This document shows positions 28,001 to 39,320 of a stretch of 64,000 nucleotides of DNA, in pieces; position 1 is the stretch's first letter, and every line of letters begins with the position of its first letter. The position numbers were made by a program, and so were the translations under genes. Under the pieces are notes generated by a model. The model was not told the origin of the DNA, did not search any database, and saw nothing but the letters and a program-made list of their open reading frames with translations. The stretch comes from Chiloscyllium plagiosum. Its lineage: Eukaryota. The stretch covers positions 61,897,318 through 61,961,317 of the forward strand of contig NC_057718.1 in assembly GCF_004010195.1 (NCBI RefSeq), given 5' to 3'.

Positions 28001-30228
28001 AATATTGATGTGTACACATTTAAAAGCACAACACTATCAAAATGGGCAGTAAATAAAATGTGTAATGGTCAATCTGTTTAAAGTCATGAAAAGCTCATGT
28101 TTGTACTGCGATGTACACCTTTCTTTACAATTTCACAACAGGACAAACTTGACACTGACATCTAGGCCAGAATCCTAACAATCTTTCTACATTTTGCAAA
28201 TGAAAACCTTGTGAGTATGGGTTTTGAAATTATTATAAATTAATCAAGAGAAACAATTTGGACTTTTCAATAAACGTAGCTGAAGGAATATCAGGAAAAG
28301 AAACTCTAGCATATACATGTTAACAGATTGTCACATTTTTAAATATAGCTTATTAAAAGGGCACATTTTTTAAATGGAATTTTCTAGTATTTACATTGAG
28401 AACATAAATGATTTATACCAATTGAATGAAAATCTCCCACCATTTAACTCCTGAAAATGCATATCTCAGGGTAACACTGTTTGTCTTCTGCTTTTCATAC
28501 AGATAAAGTATCTTATGTGTATCAAAACACCCCACTACTAAGTTTGAATGCCTGTTGTACGAGCACATCTGTGCCTGTTCAGTACATTTAAATCTACTAT
28601 GCACCCTCCAGACTTTCGGAGTCCATGCTAAGCAATCTAAATCACATTTGTTTTAGGGTGGTTGTGTAGTACGTCTTTTGAGCCACTCTCCTCGATATGT
28701 AAATAGGAGGTTGCATCACTCAAGCAATATTCCATATTTGGCGATTTAACGTGGCTTTTTTAGTCTCTAAAGGCTAGAAGCTCCTTCCGCCAGGCTCCCG
28801 ATTCATTAATCATGCCTTTTATATATATTCATTTTCCTTCATGTCTTAGACAACACATAAATGGTCACTGTGTTATTTGTCCCCTAAATGGATCTCCTAA
28901 GCTGCTTCTCAGTGTTACAGCAGCTTCGCGTTTATTGGAATGATAATGCAACCCACTAAACCTTCATGGTAAAAAGGTAGAAACATAACTTATCTAAACA
29001 ATTAAAGAAAAATGTCAATTGAAAGAAGTGAAAATATGAATAATTTTTTTCAATCTAAATATAACATTTTCCTCATTTAGGTATATGAACCATATCTTCT
29101 TGCATAATTGCATGTAATTAACTAAATATCCGAAATTTTATCTTGAAACTTTATTTGATAATATTGAATCTTTGATAAGCCATTTAAACTATCATAACAA
29201 AACTGGGCTGTATGCAGCTTAGTTAACCAAGAAACTAATGTGCATACAGACTTATGTTTTTTAAAAGCCAGGAGTTTTCCAAGAAATCAAGATGCACATT
29301 TTGTATAAATTGATAATAAAATAAAATAATTTCATTGAAAGAATGGAATAGTTCTTTTTTTTTTATTTTCAATCCCATCACAAAGCAGAATTCAGGGAAT
29401 TGAGCATTATAACTAAATTATCAACATATGTACTCTGTACAAACTAACAAACAAAAAAGTTTTATTCTCCTCACTGGCATTTTTGCCACCGATATTCTAT
29501 CATAAAAGGAGCTAAGCAAAATTAATGGAAACAAAATTTTATCACACAAAAGAAACAAAAATCTTTAATGACTCAAATAAAGTTTGGAATTTGACATCAG
29601 GAGAATGAGCAAGAAAGATGGAGAAGGGGAGGAGAGAGAGAGATGCAAAAACAGTATTACAGACACAAATAAAAAAGAAAAGGAGGAATAGAAGGGTGAC
29701 AGTCATGCAGTGACAAAAACACACAGAGAGAAACCTCAAGCAATAGTCCAAGAGGGTGAAATGTAGCAAGGGAACCAATCTGGAAAGAAAAAAATCAAGA
29801 TACATCTGTCAGAGCCACATCACAAAACAGAGAGAATACGAGAGGCATTTATCATTCCACTGAGGAGACTCTGTGCATCGAGTGGCCTTTCCTGTCAAAC
29901 CAACCTTTGAAATTTCCAACATGCCCTTAAACTTTCGAATAAGCATGTCTGTGCGCTTCAGCAACTGCCCTCTTAACTCTGGCCTGGCTAGTATAAATGG
30001 CAACTTAAAGTCAAGGTCACTCATGTCACTTTGCCATGGGGCTGTGTTTAATTACAGTGTAAACTCTGACAGCTGATAGAGACTCTGGAATAGCAGCAGC
30101 ACTCTGATTAAAGCAAAAACATGGAAGAGAAAAAAAGATACAACAAGCCTTGTTCTTTTTTCCTCTTCTTATTTCTGTTTGTATAAAGGTGAATATTTTA
30201 TTTTGATATTTGGTTTGTGTTCCTTTAC

Positions 30229-30561
30229 CTGCTGCTGTGCTTTCCTGTTTAGGGCAAATTCCTTTGGAAGATGTAGATAGGCAATCATCGTCATCTGGTG
30301 TGACTTGTATGCCAACTTCGACAGGTGTGGATGCCTTTTTCAGCTCACTGGGAGAAGGTGACGGTGGCTTATCCATAGCTTTGTCCAAGCAGAGGCCGCC
30401 ATTGCATTGCTTCCTTTTGTGCTCAATAAAGATTAGAATGTCCCCCAGTGGGAAATTCATCTGACACTGGCCGCAGGTAAGGAGATCGTGGTCACCCTCA
30501 GGAGCTCCCAAGGTGCCATGCTCCTCTTCTTCATCTGTGAGGATGGCTTCCAGGGAATCAG
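30229..30561 (-). CDS. BCL11A: BCL11A coding exon 2 (333 nt, phase 1-1), C2HC zinc finger ZnF0
   Basis: Polypyrimidine tract + TGTAG|CT acceptor at 30562/30561 and CAG|GTAAAG donor at 30229/30228. Peptide (P)[70 protein letters not shown]...[11 protein letters not shown] is near-identical to vertebrate BCL11A and in frame with exon 1. Confidence 0.98.
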
Positions 30562-33500
30562 CTACAGCAGAGAAACACAAAAAACAGGCAAAAGAAAACA
30601 TACATCAGGTGATTCTACTCATCAAATATCTTCAACCTTTCTTTTCCCAACTTTCCCCATAGACCTGAAGCACTAACAGAGCTGAGAAGTTGTGTTTATG
30701 GAAGGGTCTGTATTCACCCATTGACCCGTACAGATCTTCAAAGAAATTTATCAAGGCATAGCAATTAATGTGCAAAAGCACAGTTTTAAGAACAGCGTTA
30801 TTTGATTTAAAATTCATGCTATTTACTCGCGAAGAGAAAACCAACGGGGTGAAAATGAATGTGTTCCTAGAAGGCCAAATAAATGTTGCACCACACTCCC
30901 TTATCAATGACCTGATTGCTTTGGGAAATGTAAAGTGCAGTGGAATTACAGCAAGGACAGTATTCAGCCTTTTTTCTCCCCCTCAATTATTTTTGATGTT
31001 TTTCTTAAAATGTTGTCGAAATAATGGGGTTTGTTTGGCACTGACAAACTGGCTTGATTATTTTCAGTTTTAGTTCCAAACAGCTGGCGGCTTTACATTC
31101 CATTGCCTTACACATCAAGGAAGGGCTTTGTGATGGAAGCTATTGCATTTCTCGCTGCTTTTGTTAAATGCTCTTGTTGAGTACCCAAATACCTATTTTA
31201 TCTGCATTAAACTGGACTGAACAAAAAAAGTATTAATTCATTAATATTTTGCCATAAACATTAATATGATTGGAAAAGCTGCCATGCCTTTACACCATAC
31301 ATAACCTTTACCACAGAAAGCAAACAAATAACTTTTAATTACCTGAAATAACAGAGACTGATAAATAGATTTTAATTCAACAATAACAGGCTATCAAAGT
31401 TTTCTATTTCAGTTACTGAAATTTCGATCAGTTTCAGTCAAATTTGTTCCTTGTATCGAGAATGCTAACCACCTTACGGTATCCCTTTCATGATTGCTAA
31501 TTAGACCACGTGTGAATACAACAAAGATTCCCCCCATTTCCCCCCCCAAACCAATCCTCTTACACTTGGCAAACAATTTTGACACAGTAATCCACTATTC
31601 AAAGGAAAACTAAAAAGGGTTACAAATTATTCAGACACAAACTTTACAATTTAAGACATTAAGTACATGCCATCAAAATATTATCAAGGAAAATGTGTAA
31701 ATTTACATTTGCTTGCAATGGAACATACTTAGAGAATTCAGACAACTGAATGGATTTTCACTGGCACGTTTAAAAAAGGTTTAGATGTAGCTGTGATTGA
31801 ATGATCTTGGCAACTTAATTTTTAAATGTAGTGAATAAAGGGACATGTGAGAAAGGTGAGTAAAAGGGGACTAGTTTATTTTCTTTTTAAAACTTGTGGT
31901 ATTTTCAGATTCCAAGACTAATTAGCCATTGTCTTCTGCTGTATTTTCCAATGATCTATAGATTTGAATTTACATTAAAAAGATAGATACACCCCCAAGC
32001 AGCACACAGATAACAAGGCTCAAATACAGCAAATGTTTTAATTTTAAAATCACAAAACAGTAAAGTAAGCCATATAATCCAAGTGATTAGCTAAGTATAT
32101 ACTTTTGTAATGAATGTGAAATAGCGACATATGGAACTTTAAGAATACATGGACATATTTAAAAAAAGAATTACATTGAATGTGTGGGCTATCCTTTCAC
32201 TAAATTAACAGTTTTATTGCCGCAAAGTATAATGCTTCAACAGTTATGAATACTGCTTTAAGCATTTGAAGACGTAATTTTATTGCTACTTCTACTGAGG
32301 TGATATGGTACAGTACCACTCCGATCTGATACTTTAACGTAAGTTTCAGAAACGGTTAAGAAATCGTTTGTTGTTGTTTACAATCTAAAATTGGAAACTA
32401 TGCCGTTTCAGCTCGTGAACAAATGTATTCTTTATGATAACAAAGTTTAGAACCGCTTTCGGTTATTTGAAATCGATATTATTCAAACGGAATGAGGGAG
32501 AAATTCAGAGATACATTAGAGGCAAGCGGCTTTATCGTGGCTCCGTTCAGCTCTAAGTCCGCGAAGGAAAAGTGTGTACGATAATACAGTAAAATCTCGA
32601 ATTTCAGCTGTCAAATTCTATCCAAAGGCGACGTATTTCCCTATCTGAATACTAGTGCCGTAACTACCTTTGGACGAGCTTGCAGCAAATTATTGGAAGC
32701 CTTATTTGAATTCCACACAACTGTCACTTCGCAAAACTATCAGGAAATGTCGGTTCGAGAAGAGTTTAGCAAATGGCAATAAAGTTACGAACGATACAAA
32801 GCGCGGAGTGAGATATTGGAAAGTGTTGGAGATCGGGAGCAGTGAATTTGGACAAACCAACACATTCACTTGATCACCGAAGCTCCCACTCACCCACATT
32901 GCTTCGGCTTGTTTTATTTCAAAGTATTTCCCAATATTAAAAAAATGCAATCACCACAGACACGTGGGTCGAAGCAAACAACGAGCTGCTGTTATTGCAC
33001 AAACTTTGCTTTTGTATCAGTAGCTGAATTGATTTAAGAAAATGAATTCCTTTTTCTATACACTTTTTTTTACGGGGAAGGGGAAAGCTGATATTATTGT
33101 TTTTAAAGTGATTGTTTTTATTTAGAATATTGCCTGAACTCAACAAACTTCAGCAATGCATCTCGATGCGTCGAGCCCTCGTGCAGGTGAAACTTAGCAT
33201 CAAAAAGAGTCATTTTTACCTGGAAGAATATCGGAGGCAAAAGGGCCAGTGAAGCAGAGAATATTTGGGGCGGGGGTCAATCTTCGTTTAGTTTTGTTTT
33301 GGTCGGCGGGGGGATAAGGAGGAAGACCTGAGAGGAGTCGCTGGGAAATGGTGTTCAAGTTTGTGCAGGTTGTAGCCTGGGCTTGTTTTTTGATGCTACT
33401 CTGCCTCCTAGCGACACAAGCCCGCAGCATCGACCCCACTCCCCTCAGCTCCTCACGCATACATTAAACAACCTTGACACATCTTCCCTATAAAACACCG

Positions 33501-35584
33501 AGCTAACGCTCTACAATTACATGATTCAACTGGGACTTTGCAAAATAGATACATTCAGAAAACCAAAAGTCCGCACTATCTATTGACAGGTGAAATCGCC
33601 TTATTTTCCACCCGCTGCTTGGCTTACGGCAAAAAAAATGCATTTTCCACAACCATTGAAAGAAAAAAAATCGGTTTAAAACGCGAAAGAAACTCCCACA
33701 ATTTTAACTATACTTTATTCGCCAGGTTGATTTTTTTTTTCTCGCCAGTTTGCTCGCTCTGTTGGATTTCAATGTGAAGCCCCATGAAGTGGCCGATCGC
33801 AATTTCAGAGATGACGGCAACACTGGAGAATCTGACAAGAAACCTGCGGCTTTCCCCCAACAGGAACAAAGTCTCATTTTCACACACAAACCAAAGCAGA
33901 AAACTCCCTCTCCCCGGGCAATATGCTTAACGTTGGGGGGCGGGGGGAGGGGAATAAATGCAATGAACTTCCTTTTAAACGTGTGTGGATACCCAGTCCG
34001 GGATCCAGATTCCCCTCCCTTCCCCCGCCCCCCTCTCCCCCGAGGATCTCAGTGCCCGGGTCCAGGATCTCGGGAACTGGACTCTTTCCCCCAGTTCCGT
34101 CCCTGAGCTCGCTCGCTCGCTCTCTCTCCCCCTGGGCTATCGCTCCCGCCCGCTCCCCTGTAGATCTCCCGCTCTCCCCCTTCTCCTCTTGTGCTCCCGG
34201 ATCTGTCTCCATCTGTTTCTCTTCTCTGCCCCCGCCCCTCCCACCAAGGCTCCAGGATCTCTGTCTATCCCGATCTCTTGGATCTCCCTCCTTCCCCGGG
34301 CTCCTGGATCTCTCCATCCGGCACCGGGATCTCTCTTTACCCTCCTCAGCAGCACACCACTCCCGGCCTCCCACCACCACCATACCGGACTCCAGGATCT
34401 CTCAAGCACCCCGCACGCTCCAAGCTCCCTTTCTCCCCCCCGCTCCGGGATCTCCCTCCCCGGATTCCCTCTTGCCCTCTCCACTCCCGCCCTCCCCGGG
34501 CTCCCTCTCCCCGGGCTCCGAGACTCTATGGCCGGTCTGGCGGATTGCACGTGTGCGCGCCCGGACTGACTGACACCCGCAGCTCCTCCAGACCCGAGAG
34601 TGCCCCATCCCTGCCCGCTCACAGACAGTGTTTAGAGCGGAGATCCCCCCCACCCCCCACCCCCCAATATTAATCAGACTCAATAGTTCTGAGAGAGAGG
34701 ACTTGCGAAACGCTGTAAAATGTTGAGAGCGGCGGCGCTGGGATTTTTTTTTGCCATGAGTTTTCCGCACACGCGGAGCCGCTTGTTGTAAACATTCGAG
34801 CACGAGATTTTTCCCAATCACAATCTACTTCCAGATTTTTTTTTTTGAAAATCTTCCAAAAAATTGTAAGAGGAGGGAAAGCGGGAGAAGTTACGCGGTG
34901 AATAAAAGTTGCGAGCGAGGATAAAGTGAGGCGATTTCTCGGCTTCCGAGAGAGAGGGGCAGGAGAAGGGGGGGGGGGGGGGGGAGAAGTTTAATTTTAG
35001 GGGGTGGGGAGAGAGAGAGAGATGGGGCTCGGGGACTGATGCCCTTTGAGAGGCGGCACGATCAAAGCTGCAAATCCAGCGCTGAGTGTCCGGGGCTGAG
35101 GATGAAGTGTCCAGGGGGCGGGAGGGAATCGGCACTTTTTTTGGACTCTTGTTGAGTTTCTTGTCACGGTTTAGTTGCCCCTCTGCTCCTGAGGAGTTTA
35201 TTCAGATTTCTTTTTTTTAAAATTCCCCCCCACCACCACCCCGTGCGTCTGAGGTGACGGCGGGGCGATGGGGAAACGGCAAGGTGGACACACACACAGA
35301 GAGAGAGAGTTGGGCGAATATGAAGCCGGAACACTTGGAGGCTCAGATCCCAGCAGCTGCTGCTCTGTCCCTCTCAGTCCGGCCACTTGCTGTCAGGAGT
35401 CCGGCCAAAGCGCTGACCGTTCGAGTCCCAGCGCCGCTGCTGCCGGCACCTCACCGGAGAGGCAGAAGGGGCGCTGGGGAAGATCTTCCTGCTTCTTCCC
35501 TGCACTTTCACCGGGGATTTTTAAATATATGTGTTTTTTTTACAAAAAAAAAAGTGGCACAAAAAAATTTCCAAAGCTACTCAC
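30562..35584 (-). other. BCL11A: BCL11A intron 1 (~5.0 kb)
   Basis: GT...AG boundaries between the two coding exons, with matching phase. Confidence 0.93.
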
Positions 35585-35639
35585 GTGAAAATTCCCGTTT
35601 ACTCAAGTGCTGAGGGTTGCCTTGCTTGCGGCGAGACAT
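35585..35639 (-). CDS. BCL11A: BCL11A coding exon 1 (55 nt; MSRRKQGNPQHLSKREFS + first base of Pro)
   Basis: Minus strand reads ATG TCT CGC CGC AAG CAA GGC AAC CCT CAG CAC TTG AGT AAA CGG GAA TTT TCA C|GTGAGT. This is the BCL11-family N-terminal MSRRKQ motif with a canonical phase-1 donor. SKREFS matches BCL11A rather than BCL11B (SQRELI). Confidence 0.97.
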
Positions 35640-35870
35640 GCTCGGTCACATCGGGAGCGGGAAGAAGGAGACTCCAGAGAAAATATCTTCATCAATGGCT
35701 TGACATAAAATAAATTAGAAATAATACAAAGATGGCGGATGGAGATGGATTGTGGGATAGCCGTCATGGCTTTAAAACGACCAAGTTCAAGTGCGTACGT
35801 GACGTGCCCGCGAACTTGAACGTCAGGAGGTGGCTGGGCAGGGCGAGAGGAGAGAGCAAGCCAATGATAC
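35640..35870 (-). promoter_or_regulatory. BCL11A: BCL11A 5'UTR / core promoter (TSS not exactly determinable)
   Basis: Minus-strand blocks CTCCTGACGTTCAAGTTCGC, ACGTCACGT, GCCATGACGGCT, GCCATCTTTGTATTATTTCTAATTTATTT and GATGAAGATATTTTCTCTGGAGTCTCCTTCT match my recollection of the mammalian BCL11A leader. CCAAT motifs near 35861 and 35967. Confidence 0.8.
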
Positions 35871-35916
35871 ATACCCAGGGACACGGGGCTGGACAAACCC
35901 CACTGCTCACAGAGAG

Positions 35917-36035
35917 TCTCACTCACTCACACACACACACTCACACTCACTCACAGCCCCAGCCATCCAATAGGCGCAGCTTCCCCCCCCCCCCCACAAC
36001 ACACACACACCACTCCCAACTCTCTCTCTCTCTCT
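35917..36035. repeat. (CA)n/(CTCA)n, poly-C and (CT)n microsatellite cluster upstream of the promoter
   Basis: Direct reading. Confidence 0.85.
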
Positions 36036-37879
36036 TTCTGTGCCAGCCCAAACTGCTTGCAACTCATGGGCACAGGGTTTACTGGCCAGATCCAGGCAAA
36101 TGAACTGACATTTGTTCTGTACAAGTCGTGCAGGACATCAGGAAGGGCAACGCACATGCACTCCACGTTTGTTTGTGTGTGTCCGTTATGATTGTCAACC
36201 ACGTCCAAAAACGAAAGGTTGACATTATTCATAGAGTTAATTATTTGTGGTCGTGGTGGTACGGGGAATAAATGAGGTTTGCGAAGTATTTTTTACGGTG
36301 TAAAGAGCCAAATAAGTATTAGAATTTGCAGCCTACTGAAATTTCGATGGTGTACACGTGAGTCCAGACTGTTGGATAGAGAGTAGATATTTACATTTGT
36401 ATATTATTTTAAATTAAAATCATAAATCAAGTCAACTGCCTTCTTTCACTTTCTATCACAAAAGCAACTGCTCCTGAAGGTTGCTGACTCTTTCTGTGTG
36501 TATGTGCTTAAAAATATATATATAACGTTATATTACGTTTATTTTGTGAAATAAAAAGGTGTCCTCGACGATCTATTTCCTTGGCGTTACCTGTTAGACA
36601 CATCTTTGATGCTTTCGGTTACTCATTGGTGGATAATTCACAAGACTGTGAAACTGCTTGAAGTAACGTGAATATATAATATGAAGTGAAAATGTTAATC
36701 CTATTATTTTTCTACCCTTTGTGTCGCTCTTCTATACAGTATATTAAACCGAGAACGGCTTGATAATTGATCTTCACACAGTTCATTCTCGTTTTTCAAT
36801 GGATTTGAAGGTATTTTAGTTGCAGGTATTGGAGTTGAATGCAAATTATGTTTAAAATAGCAATGCTGCTTCTCATTTCAAGACACATACACTGTCCTGT
36901 TCATTTATACGAGGTGAGAAAAATGAGTTTTCGAGTAACCTTTGAAGATTTTGCACCTGCATCGACCGTTTATTTTAAAATATAATAAAATTTCAAAGCA
37001 CATGATTTTTTTTAAAGGAAAATGATTTTATGTTAATTCTGTTGCTCTTGGTGATACTTGGATGGTTTGATTAAATGTGATGGCTGAAAGTCTAGTCAAT
37101 CAATATAAAATAAAGCATTTTTTCTAAATCTGCCCTTCCATGTTGATTTAAAACAAAATCTGCACAACAAACTAGAAAAAAATGTGTAGCATAATGCTTT
37201 GCAATTAGACAATCGTAAATAAGGAAGAATTTCTATTCACTAGTGCATGACTGAAGACTTCAGCGAGATAACTATCGGAACAGATAGTTTAAAGTACCTT
37301 GTTTTTAAAACTTGTGCTATACTATAAATCTGTACTGATGCAACAGGAATTGTAGAATATGAAAGATTTCACAGGCGTTTTAAGTCATTGTTTCCATGAA
37401 GTATGAGTGTTATGCTCCCCAGACGTAACCTTGTGTATATGATGGTGCTTTTTTATGGAGAATAAATGCTTTTAGCTGGAGGGCCCTAGCCGTGAATATG
37501 GCCAGCAAAATAGTTCAGGCAGCAGAAGTGAAATTGAACTCATTATGATCAATGGTACGATATGTTAACACAAACTGCGCCATTTTTTTCTTTTCACCAG
37601 CTGTAGCAAGTGGTTGAAGGGTTAACTATTTTTACTCTAACACTCAACGATCAGATAAGATCTGCGGTTGCAGCTGTACCGTCCCTCTCACACGAGGAAG
37701 TTAGGTTACTTAAAGTAATGGAAGTAAAACAAAATGGTTTTATAACTCTTAACCCGAGGTGGATGGCACTTCTGTTAAAACGGTGAAAGTACATTTCCCA
37801 TCTGCAAGGATTCCAAATGACTGTAGGTTGTTTTGTTTTCGAATGTGCGGTTTTCTACAGGAAAAGGGTTCTGTTAATT

Positions 37880-39320
37880 TATAGGGAGCGAGGGCAAAGC
37901 GCTGCCGAGCTGCCAGAGCCAAGTTCCTTACAGCAGACCTCCCCCACTTCTAATGCAAAATTATTTCTGATCTAATCTGCATCTGGGAGCTGGCTGCTAA
38001 CCTGGTCCCCCTTTATCTACCATCTTGTCCAGTAGTTAGTGAACTGAGATCGCTGATCCAATTATTGCCAAGTCTCAGACAAATGAAAATGTACAGACAC
38101 CACCACTCACCCCCCACCCCCATCCCCCGCCACGCCGCCTCACCACACCGCGCGCCTCTTCTTCACTCTTTCCTGATTAAAACTACCGGCGCGGATATAT
38201 ATGAGTAACTTTTGTGTGTAATGTCCGCCCTGTGAAACTCGGACCCAGCACAGAGATCCCGATCGAGTGGCTCGAAGAGACTGGAGAGGGGGTTGGGGGG
38301 AGGTGGTGGAGGGAGTTTCGACGCATTCGGTTGCGAATTTCACGATCACTTTGTGGACACATCCGTAATGAAGGAATTAATTTCATCTTTTGATTAGCTT
38401 AGTGACAGTAACTTTATGTCATATACCCAATGCCTCGAGTTGGGTGTTCGAAGTCAGACTGATGTGCTTATTAAAATGTTTCAGCACCTATCTGTGCGTG
38501 TTTTCTCATGGAAGAATTTGGCTACTCGTTTTTAATGCATCCGAATAATTATTTTAGCATTCAGAGCAGCGTCGAACCGTTTCACTTGTGACTCCTTTTA
38601 TTCTCAGAAACCCCTATGGGTGCCTCCGAGCAAAGCGAGTCAACGATCTATCACGCAGCCGATTCAATAGCAGGCTGAGCTAACCTTGACCTTTACCTAG
38701 ACCTCGCTCCATCTGGTGCCAGGGTGTTTTTCATAATGTTGATGCCTTGCAGTCAAAATTGATCAACGCGGAATCGACCGCCTGACCTCCTCAAGGGGCG
38801 TTGCGAGGTAACCTGGCTGCTTGAAAATCGAGAGAGCCATGTGCAAAACATGGGCAGGAAAATTGAGTGTCCGCTTGGTCGCATTTCAATATGTAAATGA
38901 TCAGACATTAGCAGTCTCGACCCATTCGCAAAATAAATCAAATCCTTCTGCTGCTTTGTCATTCCACACCACCACCACCCCCCACCCCCCACCCCCAGCC
39001 CCGTCTCTTACATCATTCAGCAAATGTACTCTTTTTTTTATATTAAACCTTTGTTTTCTGACCGGGTCTTGCAGCAGTACCCCTAGCGTCGCCGCCAACC
39101 TTTACTCGGTGATCAGCGCCTTGTTGTTGCTGATTGTAATCAAATGTTTCGCATAATCTACATAGCTTCTGCGGTCAGTGGTCAACAGCTTGCATAATTC
39201 GGAAGTTTAATTCAGTTGTCAGGAAGATAAAGTCAGAGTTTTTGGTTTGCAATCTAACAACTAACGCTTGAATAACTAATTGATCACTCCGTGACGTTTA
39301 ACTTCGAAGCGCGTTTTGAT
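37880..39320. promoter_or_regulatory. Upstream CpG-rich block, candidate regulatory element
   Basis: Many CpGs, GC-box-like runs, a nuclear-receptor-like TAACCTTGACCTTTACCT (~38681-38698) and GCATAAT motifs (~39150, ~39192). Confidence 0.5.

Larger units (their letters stand above)
1..30228 (-). other. BCL11A: BCL11A intron 2 (5' part; continues beyond the window)
   Basis: Starts at the GTAAAG donor. No downstream BCL11A exon peptide (e.g. KDEPSS or C2H2 fingers) is visible in 1-30228. Intron 2 is long in other vertebrates. Confidence 0.85.
32300..36200. promoter_or_regulatory. CpG island over promoter, exon 1 and the upper part of intron 1
   Basis: Visibly high CpG and GC content compared with the CpG-poor intron 2. 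Confidence 0.8.

Noticed and set aside
1..30228. Ortholog of the intron 2 erythroid enhancer, or BCL11A exon 3
   Set aside because: Only scattered GATA sites, no recognisable block or exon peptide; it may lie outside the window or be absent.
30026..30601. 191-aa ORF as a standalone gene
   Set aside because: It is BCL11A exon 2 plus read-through into both introns; splice sites delimit 30229-30561.
33750..34821. Overlapping 118-216 aa ORFs on both strands
   Set aside because: Pro/Ser/Gly/Arg-rich products of a GC-skewed low-complexity tract that is poor in stop codons; no domain recognisable.
36450..36475. Resemblance to the human +58 erythroid enhancer core (CAGTTGCTTTT on the minus strand next to a GATA)
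   Set aside because: Only about 11 nt match, the GATA orientation differs, and it lies upstream rather than in intron 2; likely chance.
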